Shown: positions 13,088 through 28,438 of the stretch, piece after piece
How positions within the stretch are numbered: the stretch's first letter is position 1
How the letters are laid out: the number at the start of each line of letters is the position of its first letter
Assembly (NCBI GenBank): GCA_951406725.2
Contig: OX597817.1
Coordinates: 50,778,001-50,842,000 of the forward strand
DNA length: 64,000 bases
Source: Octopus vulgaris
Taxonomy: Eukaryota
Direction: 5' to 3'
Notes under the pieces: model-generated
Told to the model about the DNA's origin: nothing
Databases searched by the model: none
Seen by the model: only the letters and a program-made list of their open reading frames with translations
Position numbers and translations under genes: made by a program

Positions 13088-14053
13088 ATATTATTTAATG
13101 CATACATATTCGCTCTGCAATAATGTGAGGTTTTCTCCACTGCTATTCCGTTTTATCACAGGCTGATAAAACATATTGATAGACGCTCTTAAGCGGGGTT
13201 CCCCCTCTATTTCGCAAGACTTTGACTGTTTCCTGTATATTCCGAATGCAGACCTTATGATTAATACATTCATATATTCAGCATCGCATTATAAATGTGT
13301 TCGGTGATTAAGCAACATTGCTTTTAGTTGATATACACACTCTCTCGGTAGATGAAAGCAGAATTTTGCAATTAAACATTTGCCAGAATATCCGTGGATT
13401 TTATGTTGGACAGAAATCCACAGACACTTGTGTGGCAATGAGACTCGACGAATAAGAATACACTTTTAGATGACAATAAGACGAAAATCTTACACCTAAA
13501 AATTATAATTACCCTTTTCTTAGTGGTATAGTGGGATACGAACTCACACCTCAAGAAGTTGTCAGAGAAGTAGGTGGAAATTACGTGTCGCGTCATTCGA
13601 AAATGATATAAAAAGTAAAATGCGACAAACGTGATGGAAAATGCTATGAAAATTTTCAAAGCCTACAATTTGCTAAACAACCAGAACTCATAGACTAGAC
13701 AGAAAGAAAAAAAAAAAATAAACGTACAACAAAATCGTTTAATCTTATCAGAAATTACACGTGTGGAACTCTGTGAATACATTCAGTAGACTAAATGGCG
13801 TGAATTATTGGAAGCGAGTAAGTATGAAAATGTCGTTTCTTTATCCTTAACCATTGTTTTAAAAAATTAGAAAAAATAAAATGCTTCATATGTTTCGTTA
13901 TTCTATTTTCTTACCAATAATTCTTTTCATTGCTATTTTTTATTCTTTTCTATCGAATTCAGTAAAATGTTCCAATAAACAGTCTTTAAGAACAACTAAA
14001 TAGAGAATTGCCTTAGCAATAAATGCACCGACACAATGCACACCAGCATATAA

Positions 14054-14090
<37 letters not shown>

Positions 14091-14101
14091 TATATATATA
14101 T

Positions 14102-14139
<38 letters not shown>

Positions 14140-14221
14140 TGAATACATATGTACATATACATATATATGTATGTATATATATATATATATATCCGTATAT
14201 GTACACATGTATACATATATG

Positions 14222-14252
<31 letters not shown>

Positions 14253-14328
14253 GTACACATATGTGTGTATATATATATATATATATATGTACACATATGT
14301 GTGTATATATATATATATATGACACATA

Positions 14329-14360
<32 letters not shown>

Positions 14361-14547
14361 CGTACACATATGTGTGTATATATATATATATATATATGTA
14401 CACATATGTGTGTATATATATATATATGTACACATATGTATGTATATATATATATGTACACATATGTGTGTATATATATATATATGTACACATATGTGTA
14501 TATATATATATATGTACACATATGTGTGTATATATATATATGTACAC

Positions 14548-14588
<41 letters not shown>

Positions 14589-14691
14589 TGTGTATATATA
14601 TATATATGTACACATATGTGTATATATATATATGTACACATATGTGTATATATATATATACACATATGTATATATATATATATATGTACAC

Positions 14692-14739
<48 letters not shown>

Positions 14740-15060
14740 ATTGATTGATTGATTGACAACTATATGCCTGTGTATGTGTTCAGACTGGAATTGTTTTGGA
14801 CATTAATATCAATCATTTCTATAGAGTCTGTAGTAATCTAAATTTAAAGAGCGACAATAGTTCGTTGGAAATTTCGCCCACATCCTACTACAATAGAAGC
14901 CAATGGATCAAATTATTGAGTTTAAACCAGTTTATACACACACACACACACATACACACACACACATACATACATACATACACATATACATACATATATA
15001 CATACACACATATATACATACATATATACATACACACATACATACATATATACATACACA

Positions 15061-15094
<34 letters not shown>

Positions 15095-15845
15095 CATACA
15101 CACATACTACATATATACATACACACATACATGCATTCATACATACATACATACATACATACACATATATGTGTGTGTGTGTATTTATGTGTATATTAAA
15201 CTATGCGTCATTGCTTAAAAGTCGTTTTATAGATATAAATCATTCATTATGAACACACAGAAACAGAAAGTCGTGTCTACATAAGTGTGTATACGCGCAA
15301 GAATGGCTGTGTGGTTTAGAATTTCGTTTTACAACAACACGGTTTCTTGTTCAGTCCTCACTCAGTGCTACACTATATTATTTTCATTCCAGAAATTTAC
15401 ATATTCCATGCGATAGAATATACATTTTTCTAATTCTTTTTAATTCTGATACTTCTGCTGGGATAAGTCCAACATCAAGTGGTTTCACCTTTTTTAAAAT
15501 TTTTCCTAGAATTCACTACATTGACAATAGATACCTCGTCAAAAACATGTATTCTAAAAGCCATTAATAAACATTCGATGACCAATTTGGTTGATCACTC
15601 AATTATTTTTGCTTATTTCGAAAGATCAAATTAGAAATTATAACAAGGACTTTGCCATCCAAATCACTCATAGGAAGACAAGGAACTTATCAAGCAAAAT
15701 ATACTTCGTTTATTGCAGCGTGCATTTCCTTAATATCCAGTTTTGTCACATGATGCCTGGGGCGATATAAAGTCCGCCGATAAAGACATCTGTTTGTGGA
15801 CTCTTGACAAAAAGGCAGAGAACCAATAATTGTATATATATATAT

Positions 15846-16213
15846 TCTTTTATTCTATTTTTCAGTCATTTGACTGCGACCACGCTGGAGCATCGCCTTT
15901 AGTCGAGCACATCGACCCCAGGACTTATTCTTTGTAAGCTTAGTACTTATTCTATTGGTCTCTCCTGCCGAACCGCTAACACACCAGCATCGGTGGTCAA
16001 GCAATGTTGGTGGGACAAACACAGACACACAAACATATACATATATATATACGACGGGCTTCTTTCAGTTTCCGGCTACCAAATCCATTCACAAAGCTTT
16101 GGTCGGCCCGGGGCTATAGTAGAAGACACTTGCTCAAGGTGCCAGGCGGTGGCACTGAACGCAGAATCATGCGGTTAAGCAAGCTACTTACCACACAGCA
16201 ACCCCTGTGCCTA
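15846..16213 (-). mobile_element. SINE family A
   Basis: Family A consensus match. Confidence 0.88.
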
Positions 16214-16289
16214 TAATATATGTACATATATTTACGAGGAAGCTACTATATATATATTTACGAGAAAGTTACAATATATATATATATAT

Positions 16290-16369
<80 letters not shown>

Positions 16370-16372
<3 letters not shown>

Positions 16373-16756
16373 CGTAGAAGTGGCTGTGTGGTAAGTAGCT
16401 TGCTTACCAACCACATGATTCTGGGTTCAGTCCCACTGCGTGGCACCTTGGGCAAGTGTCTTCTACTATAGCTTCGGGCCGACCAAAGCCTTGTGAGTGG
16501 ATGTGGTAGACGGAAACTGAAAGATGCCCGTCGTATATATGTATATATATATATATATATGTATGTTTGTGTGTCTTGACAACCGATGCTGGTGTGTTTA
16601 CATCCCCGAAACTTAGCGGTTCAGCGAAAGAGGCCGATGGAATAAGTACTGAGCTTACAAAGAATAAGTCTTGGGGTCGATTTGCTCGACTAAAAGGCGG
16701 TGCTCCAGCATGGCCGCAGTCGAATGACTGAAACAAGTAAAAGAGTAAAAAAGAGT
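16370..16756 (+). mobile_element. SINE family A
   Basis: Family A consensus match; inverted relative to the 15846 copy. Confidence 0.9.
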
Positions 16757-16955
16757 ATATATATATGTGTGTGTATTTACGCTTTATATGGGTATGCAGA
16801 TGCACAATATGTATATATTGTTGACGTCATAAGAATTTGAAAGCTATTAGAATACGTGTAACAAATCTCTTTTGGAAGATTGGATTTCGAAGCATATAAC
16901 GCCATAAATGATAATACGTAAATATTGCTTTGATAGCAGCTGTTCCAAACGATAC

Positions 16956-16991
<36 letters not shown>

Positions 16992-17120
16992 TGTTCGTTT
17001 GTACGTAATATACATTTCTGTGCAGTTTGCTTGAAGCAGCAGAGTTCTTAAATTTCGTTTTCCTTTTCGAACACATTAGATGGAGCTCAACCGGTTTTGT
17101 CAAATAACCTGTAATATGAT

Positions 17121-17540
17121 AGGCGCAGGAGTGGCTGTGTTGGAAGTAGCTTGCTTACCAACCACATGGTTCCGGGTTCAGTCCCACTGCGTGGCACCTT
17201 GGGCAAGTGTCTTCTACTATAGCCTCGGGCCGACCAAAGCCTTGTGAGTGGATTTGGTAGACGGAAACTGAAAGAAGCCCGTCGTATATATGTATATATA
17301 TATATGTGTGTGCGTGTGTGTTTGTGTGTCTGTGTTTGGCTCCCCTAGCATTGCTTGACAACCGATGCTGGTGTGTTTACGTCCCCGTCACCTAGCGGTT
17401 CGGCAAAATGGACCGATAGAATAAGTACTGGGCTTACAAAAGAATAAGTCCCGGGGTCGAGTTGCTCGACTAAAGGCGGTGCCCCAGCATGGCCGCAGTC
17501 AAATGACTGAAACAAGTAAAAGAGTAAAAGAGTAAAAAAG
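17121..17540 (+). mobile_element. SINE family A, full length
   Basis: aggcgcaggagtggctgtg head through the (agagtaaa)n tail. Confidence 0.9.
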
Positions 17541-17624
17541 CTATAGCAGTCGTGTGTGTATGTGAGTGTGTATAGACTGACCGACAGACAGATTGTGTAT
17601 ATGTATGTATATATATATATATTC

Positions 17625-17836
17625 AAAATGTAACCGCGTGTGTACCGTTGCCGATTTTTTTCCCTCTGTCTTCCCTTCTCTGGATCTTTCCTTCTCCTAC
17701 GTTTCCGACCAAGAGCTCCGGCTCGAAACGTTAAACCCTCCTTCTTCCCTTCCTTCCTGAGCGTCCAATAATACCATATTTGTTCCACGTCCTCGCGTTG
17801 TTGTGTTTTCTCTTTGTGTTTTCATGTTTGGATTAA

Positions 17837-17840
<4 letters not shown>
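17625..17840 (+). mobile_element. Short pyrimidine-rich pseudo-LTR-like element with a decayed hammerhead
   Basis: gttt CCGACCA a GAGC tccg GCTC GAAA cg TT aaac at 17701-17736; abuts (TA)n. Confidence 0.6.
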
Positions 17841-17887
<47 letters not shown>

Positions 17888-18163
17888 CAAAAATGCGAAA
17901 AGAGGAATTCACAGTTTTACATGTAGAATTCAACATACACAACCATATCCTATTCACATTTTTGTTGTATAAAGCTGAATTTCACGAAATTCTTTCAAAT
18001 CATCTTTGTATCCTCTTGTCTTACATGAGGAATTACCTAGGATATTTTTCTTACATTTATAGATGTGTGATTGTTTGACATAGATAACCAAATTTATTTA
18101 AATCTGACTGATTTTTTTTTACATCTGCCTGGATTTTTAATCTATTTTTCCTTCTGATATATA

Positions 18164-18550
18164 CGTGGTCTGATCAATTAGTGTCCTGTCTGTTGCCATA
18201 GTAACGAATCTAAAGCATGCAGAGTAAAGCCGCTTGGTGCAGATTGACCTTGAACTCTGCTGTGCTTGCGCACTAAGCTCTGACATTCTAACTCGCTTCC
18301 GCTGTTAGCAACAGTGCTTGGAAGGCACGTGTGTCGCCTGTGATCGTCACATTGACAATGTAGAGAAAGGTGACCGGAGAATCTGCAAGAATTCCTTCCA
18401 AGCACTGCAGTAAACAGCGGCAGTGAGCTAGAACGTTGAAACTTAGTGCGTATTCACAGCAGAGTTCAGTCAATCTGCCCCAAGCGGTCTTTGATTACTT
18501 TAGCTTCGTTACTATGCCAACGAGACCGGATACTTGTTGATCAGACATCG
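18164..18550. mobile_element. Non-autonomous mariner-type element (MITE)
   Basis: TA-flanked TIRs of about 50 bp: cgtggtctgatcaa..gttgccatagtaacgaa / ttcgttactatgccaac..ttgatcagacatcg. Confidence 0.8.
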
Positions 18551-18724
18551 TATATATACGAACCGCCGTTTTCACATATTTTTACCATAAGAGAGATTTA
18601 TTCTCCAAGGTAGCTGCATTGTAATTGCCTTTTAGCAGGTCAAATGTGTCGCGAACGATATTTCAACAAGCATAAATTCTTCTGTCTAAACACTGCTTCG
18701 TACTAACGCTTCATTTTATATATA

Positions 18725-18760
<36 letters not shown>

Positions 18761-18771
18761 TTATATATGCG

Positions 18772-18805
<34 letters not shown>

Positions 18806-18931
18806 TGTATGTTTATATATGCGTAAATATATACGTATGTATGTATGTTTATATATGTGTATATATATGTATGTATGTATGTATGTTTATATATGCGTAT
18901 ATATATGTATGTATGTATGTTTATATATGCG

Positions 18932-18968
<37 letters not shown>

Positions 18969-19748
18969 ATGCGTATATATATATATATATAAACCATTAA
19001 GGTATATACTGTAAAAGGTATTTATATTTTATGTTTACTCTAACTACATGGATTCCTCTTTTTAACCCGTCTTGTTTTTAACATGAAGGTTAGTGAATTC
19101 CTGAATGTAGATTTATCACTTTAATTGATATATAGTTATTCTAACTAACCATACCAAGCTGATTTTACTTCGTATCGGTCTTCCATACTTTATATAGTTA
19201 AAGAGATGTTTTTGTATGTATACATTGAATCGTTGGTGCAACCAAAACGTTGTGTTGATATTTTGTGATGTGAAGAACTATCTTTCTTTACCTAAGTTGA
19301 TTTTTGTATATACAATTGTATTGTATAACGCGTCGCATACATATTAATGTAGATATGTAAATATAATTTATTATACAATGAAATTATTATTAAATAAAGA
19401 AGGCTGAGAAACGGCCGCAATCCTAGCGATGTCAAGTAGTTTAATATATATGTACACCTCTCATACCTTCTGACTTTTTATAGTTTATATACTCAATACA
19501 ATTTCATCAATCGAATATTTCTTCTAGAATTCAGCTACATGGAACACTGAATTATACTGGTCTGAATTGGATTAGGTGGTCTGCTGGCCGAGCCCGTGAG
19601 AGGATCTTTCTGTGAAAGTGTGAAAGCTACACTATTCTATGAATCTACACATTAACCTAAAAATATATGCATATATCCATATGTATGTGTGTGTATATGT
19701 GCGTCCGAGAGCGTTAGGAATATATATATAAATATATACATACACACA

Positions 19749-19789
<41 letters not shown>

Positions 19790-19794
19790 ACACA

Positions 19795-19833
<39 letters not shown>

Positions 19834-20677
19834 ACACACACATATATATATATATACATATACACATCTCTAGAGACCGGAAACCTTACTATGATAAACG
19901 TTGACAACTATCAAACGGCGTACTATATTTATGATTTGAAGGAAGTTAAAATCACACATTGACCTCCACCGTTAAATGGAAGTGCAACGAAACAATTTCT
20001 CTATGGCATTGTAGATAATTCATTTTAAGAGGTACAGTTAATTGAATTTTTTTCTATTGCCAAGGAAAAGTTCGCCCGTAGAAGTTTATGTATGATCTTT
20101 AACTCTACATAATAAACAATAATGTAGGAAAAAATATTAGCTGCCATTTACACCCTGTCCAGAAATATTTTTTTATTACATTACGACATCCAAGAATACG
20201 TTGATTTTTATCGGCAATAAGAGGCCGATATATCTCTTAATCGAAGTTAGTTACAAAACCGACGACCAACTTTCATAATTCCTTTTATACACACAACCAC
20301 GCTCACATACTTAAATATACGCATACATAATGCATACACGAAATATATTGTGCCAATGTATCTATATGTATGTGTGTGCCTATTTGAATATATGAAATAT
20401 ATATGTAACAAACGAAAATCGAGTGAGATAATGAGATACCATTAGTGGAAGAACCAGCAAGTAACAGAGACCACGAAAACGTTATACGTGGTCAATAAAT
20501 CTCTGAATCAACGGAGGAATAAGGTAGGCTTTAAACTACTTCGTATTTCTCTGTAGATGTTCCCAGCCAAATATTTAACAGTTTAATTAGATTGTCTTAT
20601 GGTCTAGTGATTATGAATACATTTCACAATTTGCATACACATCTGTTTCACCTCTCTCTCTCTCTCTCTCTGTCTTT

Positions 20678-20895
20678 AAGGCGGCGAGCTGGCAGAAACG
20701 TCAGCACGGCGGGCGAAATACTTAGCGATATTTCGTCTGTCTTTACGTTCTGAGTTCAAATTCCGCCGAAGTCAACGTTGTCTTTCATCCTGTCGGGGTC
20801 GATAAATTAAGTACAAATTGCGTACTGGGGTCGATCTAATCGGTTGACTTCCCAAAAAAACAAAACAAAATTCGCGCCTTGTCCCTAGAGTAGAA
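20678..20895 (+). mobile_element. SINE family B
   Basis: Consensus match; further fragments at 21800-21910, 41233-41410, 52985-53125 and 53960-54140. Confidence 0.85.
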
Positions 20896-21405
20896 AACCT
20901 CTCTCCTTCCCTCTCACTTTCGCTATCTGTGTGTGTGTGTGCGTGTATATATATATATATATATACACAGACGCACACACACACGCACACACACACACAC
21001 ACGTGATGGGGTCGATTCATTCGACTAATATTCTTCAAAGCCATGCCCAATAATCGTCGCAGTCTGATGATAGAAACAAGTAGTTCATGAAAGTTAAATT
21101 ATATCCATGCACACACATACAAAGGCGCACATATATACACATATCTATCACATGCATACATACAGATACATACAAACATACATACATATATACACACACG
21201 CACGTACACACATACACACACATACACATACATATATACATATACCCGTGTGTGTGTGTGTGTGTGTGTATAGATTGATCCGTAAGCGTTAAAGTAATTT
21301 TCGTTGTACAAGACAATGACGGTGGAATCTTGCAATCATACTGTTGACGGATTTCTAGAAGCAATAGAAATTATAACATTTTGTCTGAAGGATAATTGTT
21401 TCTCG

Positions 21406-21750
21406 TTCTATATGGTGGCATATTAGATGAAGCTTTTCAAATGTTTTCAAAGTCTGGCTTAAACATAACAACAACAACAACAACAACAACAACAATAATA
21501 ATAATAATAATAATAATGATATTGGCTTCACATTTTTTCCACAAGGGTCGATAAAATAAGTTTTTACCTTTCATCCTTTCAGATTCTATATGGTGGCATA
21601 TTAGATGAAGCTTTTCAAATGTTTTCAAAGTCTGGCTTAAACATAACAACAACAATAATAATAATAATAATAATAATAATGATATTGGCTTCATATTTTT
21701 TCCACAAGGGTCGATAAAATAAGTTTTTACCTTCCATCCTTTCAGATTCG
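21406..21750. repeat. Tandem duplication of about 180 bp
   Basis: ttctatatggtggcatattagatgaagc...catcctttcagattc occurs twice. Confidence 0.9.
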
Positions 21751-22019
21751 ATAAAATAGCTACCAATGGGGTCGATCTAAGAGACCAATAATATTGTTTT
21801 TGTTTTGCGGAATCGTTAGCGCGCTCGACGAAATGCTTAGCTGTATTTCGCCCATTACTACGTTCTGAGTTCAAATTCCGCCGAGGTCGACTTTACTTTT
21901 TACCCTTTCATGTTAGTAGTTAAGTACTGACACTTCCAAATGCACCAATTGCTATTGGTATCACGTCTACTCTCCTCATTGAGCACAACCTTCGTATTTC
22001 ACACTTAAATCATTAGTTG

Positions 22020-22530
22020 TTTATTTTTTCTTTTTCTTTCACATTGACCCTATCGTCAACGGGGCGTGCTATGCCGATTATCATACAAGTTCTTTCTCTT
22101 CATTTTTCACCTCAACAATGTCCGGTTTTCGATATCTAGTCGGTAGGTTGCACTAGATCTTTGCATCCCACAGGATTTTGGAATTCTCATTTTCGCTGAT
22201 TCCTTCTGCAGTTTGCTCATACCATGTCTTTGCTCTTTGAAGGTCGTGATTTCCATAGAGTTCCTAATGGATCATTTTTGCCACATTGCCATGGATTCTT
22301 TTGTATTCTCCTTGAGCCAATTTCGGTCCAAATGGTATGGCACTTGAGCCAATTTCGCACCAAATAGTATGGCACTTGAGCCAGGTGGTATAGCACTTGC
22401 TAACGAAGTGCCATAACATTTCACCACTCTCACCACACATTCTGCATTTGTCGCTATCGGTAGTGTTGTCTATTCTGCACTTCATATAGTTGGTCCTTAA
22501 CGCTTGATCCTGATCTGCGCATATGTAGCT
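22020..22530 (-). pseudogene. R4/Dong-like (restriction-like endonuclease) non-LTR retrotransposon C-terminal fragment
   Basis: DQALRTNYMK..KCRMCGESGE...HFVSKC (CCHC), LAQGEYKRIH.NVAKMIH, WYEQTAEGISENENSKILWD..RKPDIV. Contains stops and a 31-bp tandem duplication. Confidence 0.85.
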
Positions 22531-23546
22531 GTGCATATGTTTCAATGTAAACTTTACATAGAAACATATGCACCTTGTAAAGAAACAAGAATGGACAGGC
22601 CAAATTTTCGCTGCACGTGTCTCCGCAGCTGGACATTTATTCAAAATATATATTACATGACTATACGTAAGACTTAAGTATTACATAACTCCACCATTTC
22701 TTCACCCGATATTCTGGCTTTTTCCAGTAAAATATAAATATATTGTATATAGGCGATATAGGTGCAGCGTGGTGTATGGTAAAAGGCTTGCTTCCCAACC
22801 GCATGGCGAAACAAGTAAAAGAACATGTGTGTGTGCGTGAGTTTGTAGACAAATAAATAAATAAATATGTAGATTTACTTATAGGTATATATATTTTTTG
22901 TATTCTGTTGTTTTTACTTGTTTCCGACGGGATTCTTTCAGTATCCGTCTACCAAATCCACTAACAAGGAATTGGTTGGCCCAAGGCTATAGTAGAAAAC
23001 GCTTGAACTCGGAGCCAAGCTTCTTACCACACAGACACGCTTGCGTATATATATATATATGTATATATGTGTGTGTGTGTGTGTGTGTATGTATGTGTGT
23101 GTGTGTATGTATGTGTGTGTGTGTGTGTGTGTGTATGTGTGTGTGTATGTATGTGTGTGTATGTATGTGTGTGTGTGTATATGTGTGTGTGTGTATGTGT
23201 GTGTGTGTGTATGTATGTATGTGTGTGTATGTATATATGTGTGTGTGTATGTATATATGTGTGTGTGTATGTATATATGTGTGTGTATGTATTTATGTGT
23301 GTGTATGTATATATGTGTGTGTGTATGTATGTATATATGTGTGTGCGTGTATGTATGTATATATGTGTGTGTGTGTATGTATGTATATATGTGTTTGTGT
23401 GTGTATATATGTATATATGTGTTTGTGTGTGTATATATGTATATATGTGTTTGTGTGTGTATATATGTATATATGTGTGTGTGTATGTATATATATATAT
23501 ATATCGATAGATAGATTGATATGAACATATGTACATAGACACACCT

Positions 23547-23577
<31 letters not shown>

Positions 23578-23695
23578 GATAGATAGATAGGTAGATATGA
23601 ACATATGTACATAGACATATATATATATCGATGGATAGATAGATATGAACATATGTACATAGACACACCTATATATATATATATATATACTTACT

Positions 23696-24703
23696 CTAGC
23701 ATTAAAGACCCGTCGTTGCCGGGTCATAGTGCTAGTGCATGTATATATGTGTATATATATGTGTACATATTACATGTACATATAAAATACATATAAAATA
23801 CAAAATACAAAGTTATATCTTGATATCGCTAGTGATAACAATACTCAAAATATATAACAGACTGGAATTGTTAGCCCGTCTCTTGTAATTTCGATCAATT
23901 GTATCTTGTCCTCCCTCTTGTTTAGAAGTGTGGCTACAATCCAGCCTACCTCTACTTCTGGGGATGGGGGGGGGGGTTAATTTTTTTTCCGGCACGTTCT
24001 ATGTCCCAGATATAAAGGTAAAAATAAAATATTTCCACTTTGCGAGTTCGTGTCCACTACTCCCTTGCACGCTCCGCTGACCCGAACCTTGCTTCTATTG
24101 CCTCTAGTTAGATATCTTTAATAGTCGCACCAAGACACTTTTCGAAGGTGCTTTCCTCCAGGTGTTCAAATCTTCTTTTTTTCTCTACATTGTATACTTT
24201 ATAGACAATAGTCTTTCATTAATTTAATTTTTTTATTATCCGTCTGGACTATTCCATTTCTGCACGCTAATTTTATTTTAAATTTATTCCCATTCATGTG
24301 AAACCACTTATTCAAGTTCAAGTCATTGATGCAATTTTATACCAATTACTATTTTTACTTCTTTTTTATGCTACGATTATATTATACTTTAGTTTGATTT
24401 TAATTATTACTTACTGCATATAATTCAATTGTTATTATTATTTTTATTGTTAAAGTGAAATTATCTGACATAAAATAGAGAAATGGTTTTGTTTCACTTT
24501 TAACACGTAATACTGAAATAATGGAGAAGATATGATATTGCAATGGGCTCGCTCTAGGCAAGAAGTTGAACATTTTTTTTGCCCATGAAACTACATGAAC
24601 CCTAAGTAAGGCATGTGTAAATTTTGAATGAAATTGGTTCTGTAGTTCTCAAGTTTTAGGGAAACACACAGACAGACACACTCTCAGTTTTATATATATA
24701 AGA
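23696..24703 (-). mobile_element. Non-autonomous Helitron
   Basis: Minus-strand 5' a|TCttatatatataaaa, and 3' hairpin GACCCG..CGGGTC followed 7 nt later by CTAG. The same gatatgaacatatgtacatagacac minisatellite lies on both flanks. Confidence 0.7.
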
Positions 24704-24754
24704 TATATCGATAGATAGATAAATAGATATGAACATATATACATAGACACACTT

Positions 24755-24797
<43 letters not shown>

Positions 24798-24815
24798 TAG
24801 ATAGATATGTACATA

Positions 24816-25166
24816 GAGCACCGCCTTTAATCGAGCAACTCGACCCCGGGACTTATTCTTTTGTAAGCCCAGTACTTATTCTATCGGTCTCCTTTGCCGA
24901 ACCGCTAAGGAACGGGAACATAAACACACCAGCATCGGTTGTCAAGCAATGCTAGGGTGACAAACACAGACACACAAGCATATATATATATATATATACA
25001 TATATACGACGGGCTTCTTTCAGTTTCCGTCTACCAAATCCACTCACAAGGCTTTGGTCGGCCCGAGTCTATAGTAGAAGACACTTGCTCAAGGTGCCAC
25101 GCAGTGGGACTGATCCCGGAACCATGTGGTTGGTAAACAAGCTACTTCCAACACAGCCACTCCTAC

Positions 25167-25170
<4 letters not shown>
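24816..25170 (-). mobile_element. SINE family A, 3'-truncated
   Basis: Family A consensus match. Confidence 0.88.
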
Positions 25171-25208
<38 letters not shown>

Positions 25209-25929
25209 CGTACCAAGGTGTATATATATATATGTCTGTGTGTGAGTATGTATATCCGTGTATATGCGCCTATTTTTGTTATGTTTCTCACCGCCTTCAA
25301 AACACTGTTTTGTTTTTATCCCCGTAACTTATATATTCTTCAAAGAATGGCCGATGAAAGAAATCCTATATAGATCAAATGTAGATCATATGGCCTCATA
25401 TACTTATATATAAGTACAGGGCTCTATTTGATCGACTTAGTTTCTGAATGTACCGCCGCAGCATTGCCGTAACGTAATGATTGAAATACCACAAACACTA
25501 TTATAATTAGTATTCAGGTAAGTTTCACGGCTGGTGTTAACCTTTGTACTATGCGATCTGAACAACTATGTAAAATATGAGAGTTATTCATACTTCCGTC
25601 TGTTTTATCCATAAGAGGAAGCTCATTCCCACTATACGGAAATAATTTTTGAAGTGAAAGATACAGCAATGAAATATCAAAAGAAATTCCTACTTTCCTA
25701 TTTTGAATATAAGAGGCATGTAACAATCAATTTTTGCCTTGTTTTCCTTGGTATTATATTGTAATATAATTGAACACTGCGTATTTAAGTTAGTTTATAG
25801 GAAATATATATATAATCTAACATGTGAAGCATTAACTGTTTCAAAACGTTTATCAATGCAAAATGCAGTTGGCAAGAGGGTGGTGGTGGTGGTGGTGTTC
25901 GTGTGGCTGCTGCTGTAACCTCTGCTGCT

Positions 25930-26306
25930 GATGATAGTGATGATGATGATGAGGAGGAGGAGGAGGAGGAGAATGAGGTAGAGGAGGAGGAACAAGACTG
26001 GGAGGGAGAGGAAGTGGAGGAGGAGGAAGAGGAGTAGGAGGAAGAGGAAGCGGAGGAGGAACAAGAAGGGGAGTAGGAGGAAGATGAGGAAGGAGAAGTG
26101 GAGGATGAAGGGGAAGTGGAGGATGAAGGGGAAGTAGAGGAAGTGGAGGTGGAGGATGAAGGTGAAGTGGAGGATGAAGGGGAAGTAGAGGAAGTGGAGG
26201 TGCAGGATGAAGAGAAAGAAGAGGAGGAAGAAGAGGAAGTGGAGGAGGAGGAAGAGGAGGGGGAAAAGGAGGAGGAGGAGGAAGCGGAAGGGGAAAGGAG
26301 GAGGAG
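25930..26306. repeat. Polypurine (GAG/GAA)-rich low-complexity tract
   Basis: Directly visible, with internal gtggaggatgaaggggaa repeats. Confidence 0.9.
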
Positions 26307-26610
26307 CGTAAATTATGATGCTTCAAACGTAATTTTTCACACGTCCAATGCAAGAACTCCGGTATCAGTATGCATGTGAATCGGCCCAAGTTCTCGACAC
26401 AAAACAGATACAATTTCCAGAAGATTGTTGAGACAATTTACACCAATGGTGACTTTGGTGAATGTTTGTTATACTCGGCGTATAACTCTGAGCCAATCTG
26501 CACTTTCACATTTATGTTCAATCAGATCTTTACGTATCCTTACCATTATAAAGCCCGAAGAATTCCATTTACAGAGATGGGCTTTGTTGTGTTGGTTTAT
26601 TTCGCATAAT

Positions 26611-27000
26611 ACTCTTTTACTTTTTTCAGTCATTTGGCTGCGACCATGTTGGAGCACCGCCTTTAGCAGAGAATATCGACCCCAGGACTTATTCTTTGTA
26701 AGTCTAGTACTTATTCTATCGGTTCCTTTTGCCGAACTGCTAAGTTACGCGGACGAAAACACACCAACATCGGTTGTGAAGTGATGTTGGTGGGGGAGGA
26801 CAAACACACACACAAACACACGCATACATATATATACATATACATATATACGATGGGCTTCTTTCAGTTTCCGTCTACCAAATTCACTGACAAGGCTTTG
26901 GTCGGCCCGAGGCTATAGTAGAAGACACTTGCCCAAGTTGACACGTAGTGGGACTGAACCCGGAAACATGGGGTTGGTAAGCAAGCTACTTACCACACAG
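26611..27000 (-). mobile_element. SINE family A
   Basis: Family A consensus match. Confidence 0.88.
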
Positions 27001-27375
27001 GATAATCCAAATACAAAGAACATCGATAGAAATCATGATTTTAATTTCGGTAAAAGTAAAAATATAAACATCATCGGAATGAACTTCATAAAAGGTAGAT
27101 ATTAAAAAGCTGACCATTGATGGATATTCTCTAAAAGAAGATTTAAAACATCATAAAATACAGATGAAAAAAGTTATATTATGACAGATACCATAATTCC
27201 GTTGAGAAAATGAATTTATTGATTCCTTCGATGTTAGTACAAAAAGCTTTTGTTTTTTTCTAAGGTTCATACTCGCATGGATTTAAGTTATCAAACCACA
27301 CCGGTGCAAAATCTTTAAAAATAACGTATTCTCGTTTATAATTTGAAGAAAAATATTAATATGAAAGTTTATCGC

Positions 27376-27426
<51 letters not shown>

Positions 27427-28399
27427 GTTATTATTATTATTAGTAGTAGTACTAGTTGTTGTTTCATCATTGTTGTTGCTGATGCTAGTATTTCTGCGAT
27501 ATATTGAATGCAATATGTTGTGTATATATACTATTTATGCGTGCGTGTGTGTGTATATATATTAAATATTTATGTGTGTATATGTACATACATATATATC
27601 TATAATATACAAACATATATCTATCTCTCTCTCTATATATATACAAGCATTTACAGATATATAGATAAATGTTGGTATCTATCTATATATATGTGTGTGT
27701 ATGTATATACATGTATGTATGTGTATATATATATACATATATGTGTGTACGTATATATATGCATGACTATATATAACACAAGCGTAATACACATCACCGA
27801 TTATATAGTTAATGCAATTGCCCGCTTATATAATAAATATTGCTGAAGCTATGAAAAAACATCTGGGCACATTCGGGGTTTCTGCAAAACAAAGCGGTGA
27901 AAAATTAAGCTGTTTTACAGAGATGAAAGACAGAAAAGGTGAAACGAAATGGAAGTAAAGTAATATGCATCGAATATGAGATTGTAATACATCATCGTAG
28001 AATGGAACACTTCTTTGTGTTATTATTCGCTCGCTTTTCAGGACTGTGTGGATATTACATATGGTTTTTTATTGTAAAACCCCTTCAATACCTGTTGGGC
28101 ATTGAAATATATGTGTGTGCAAAAGGCACACACGCACACAGACACGGGCGCAAACACATCCACACGCACACAATATACACACAGACGCACATATATGTAT
28201 ATCATATATAGTCTCTCCATGTATATATATACAAATATATGTGGGGAGTGGTGTATGTATATGTGTGTATATATAAACATATGTATGCATATAAATACAT
28301 GCATTGAATATGTGTATATGCATATGTATATCTATCTATTTATCTACCTATCCATATGCCTCTGTCTCCCTCCCTCCCCCTCTCTCTCTCTCTCTCTCT

Positions 28400-28438
<39 letters not shown>

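Noticed and set aside
25853-26413. Glu-rich and Pro/Leu-rich ORFs
   Set aside because: Products of a polypurine low-complexity tract with no domain signature or clear splice context.
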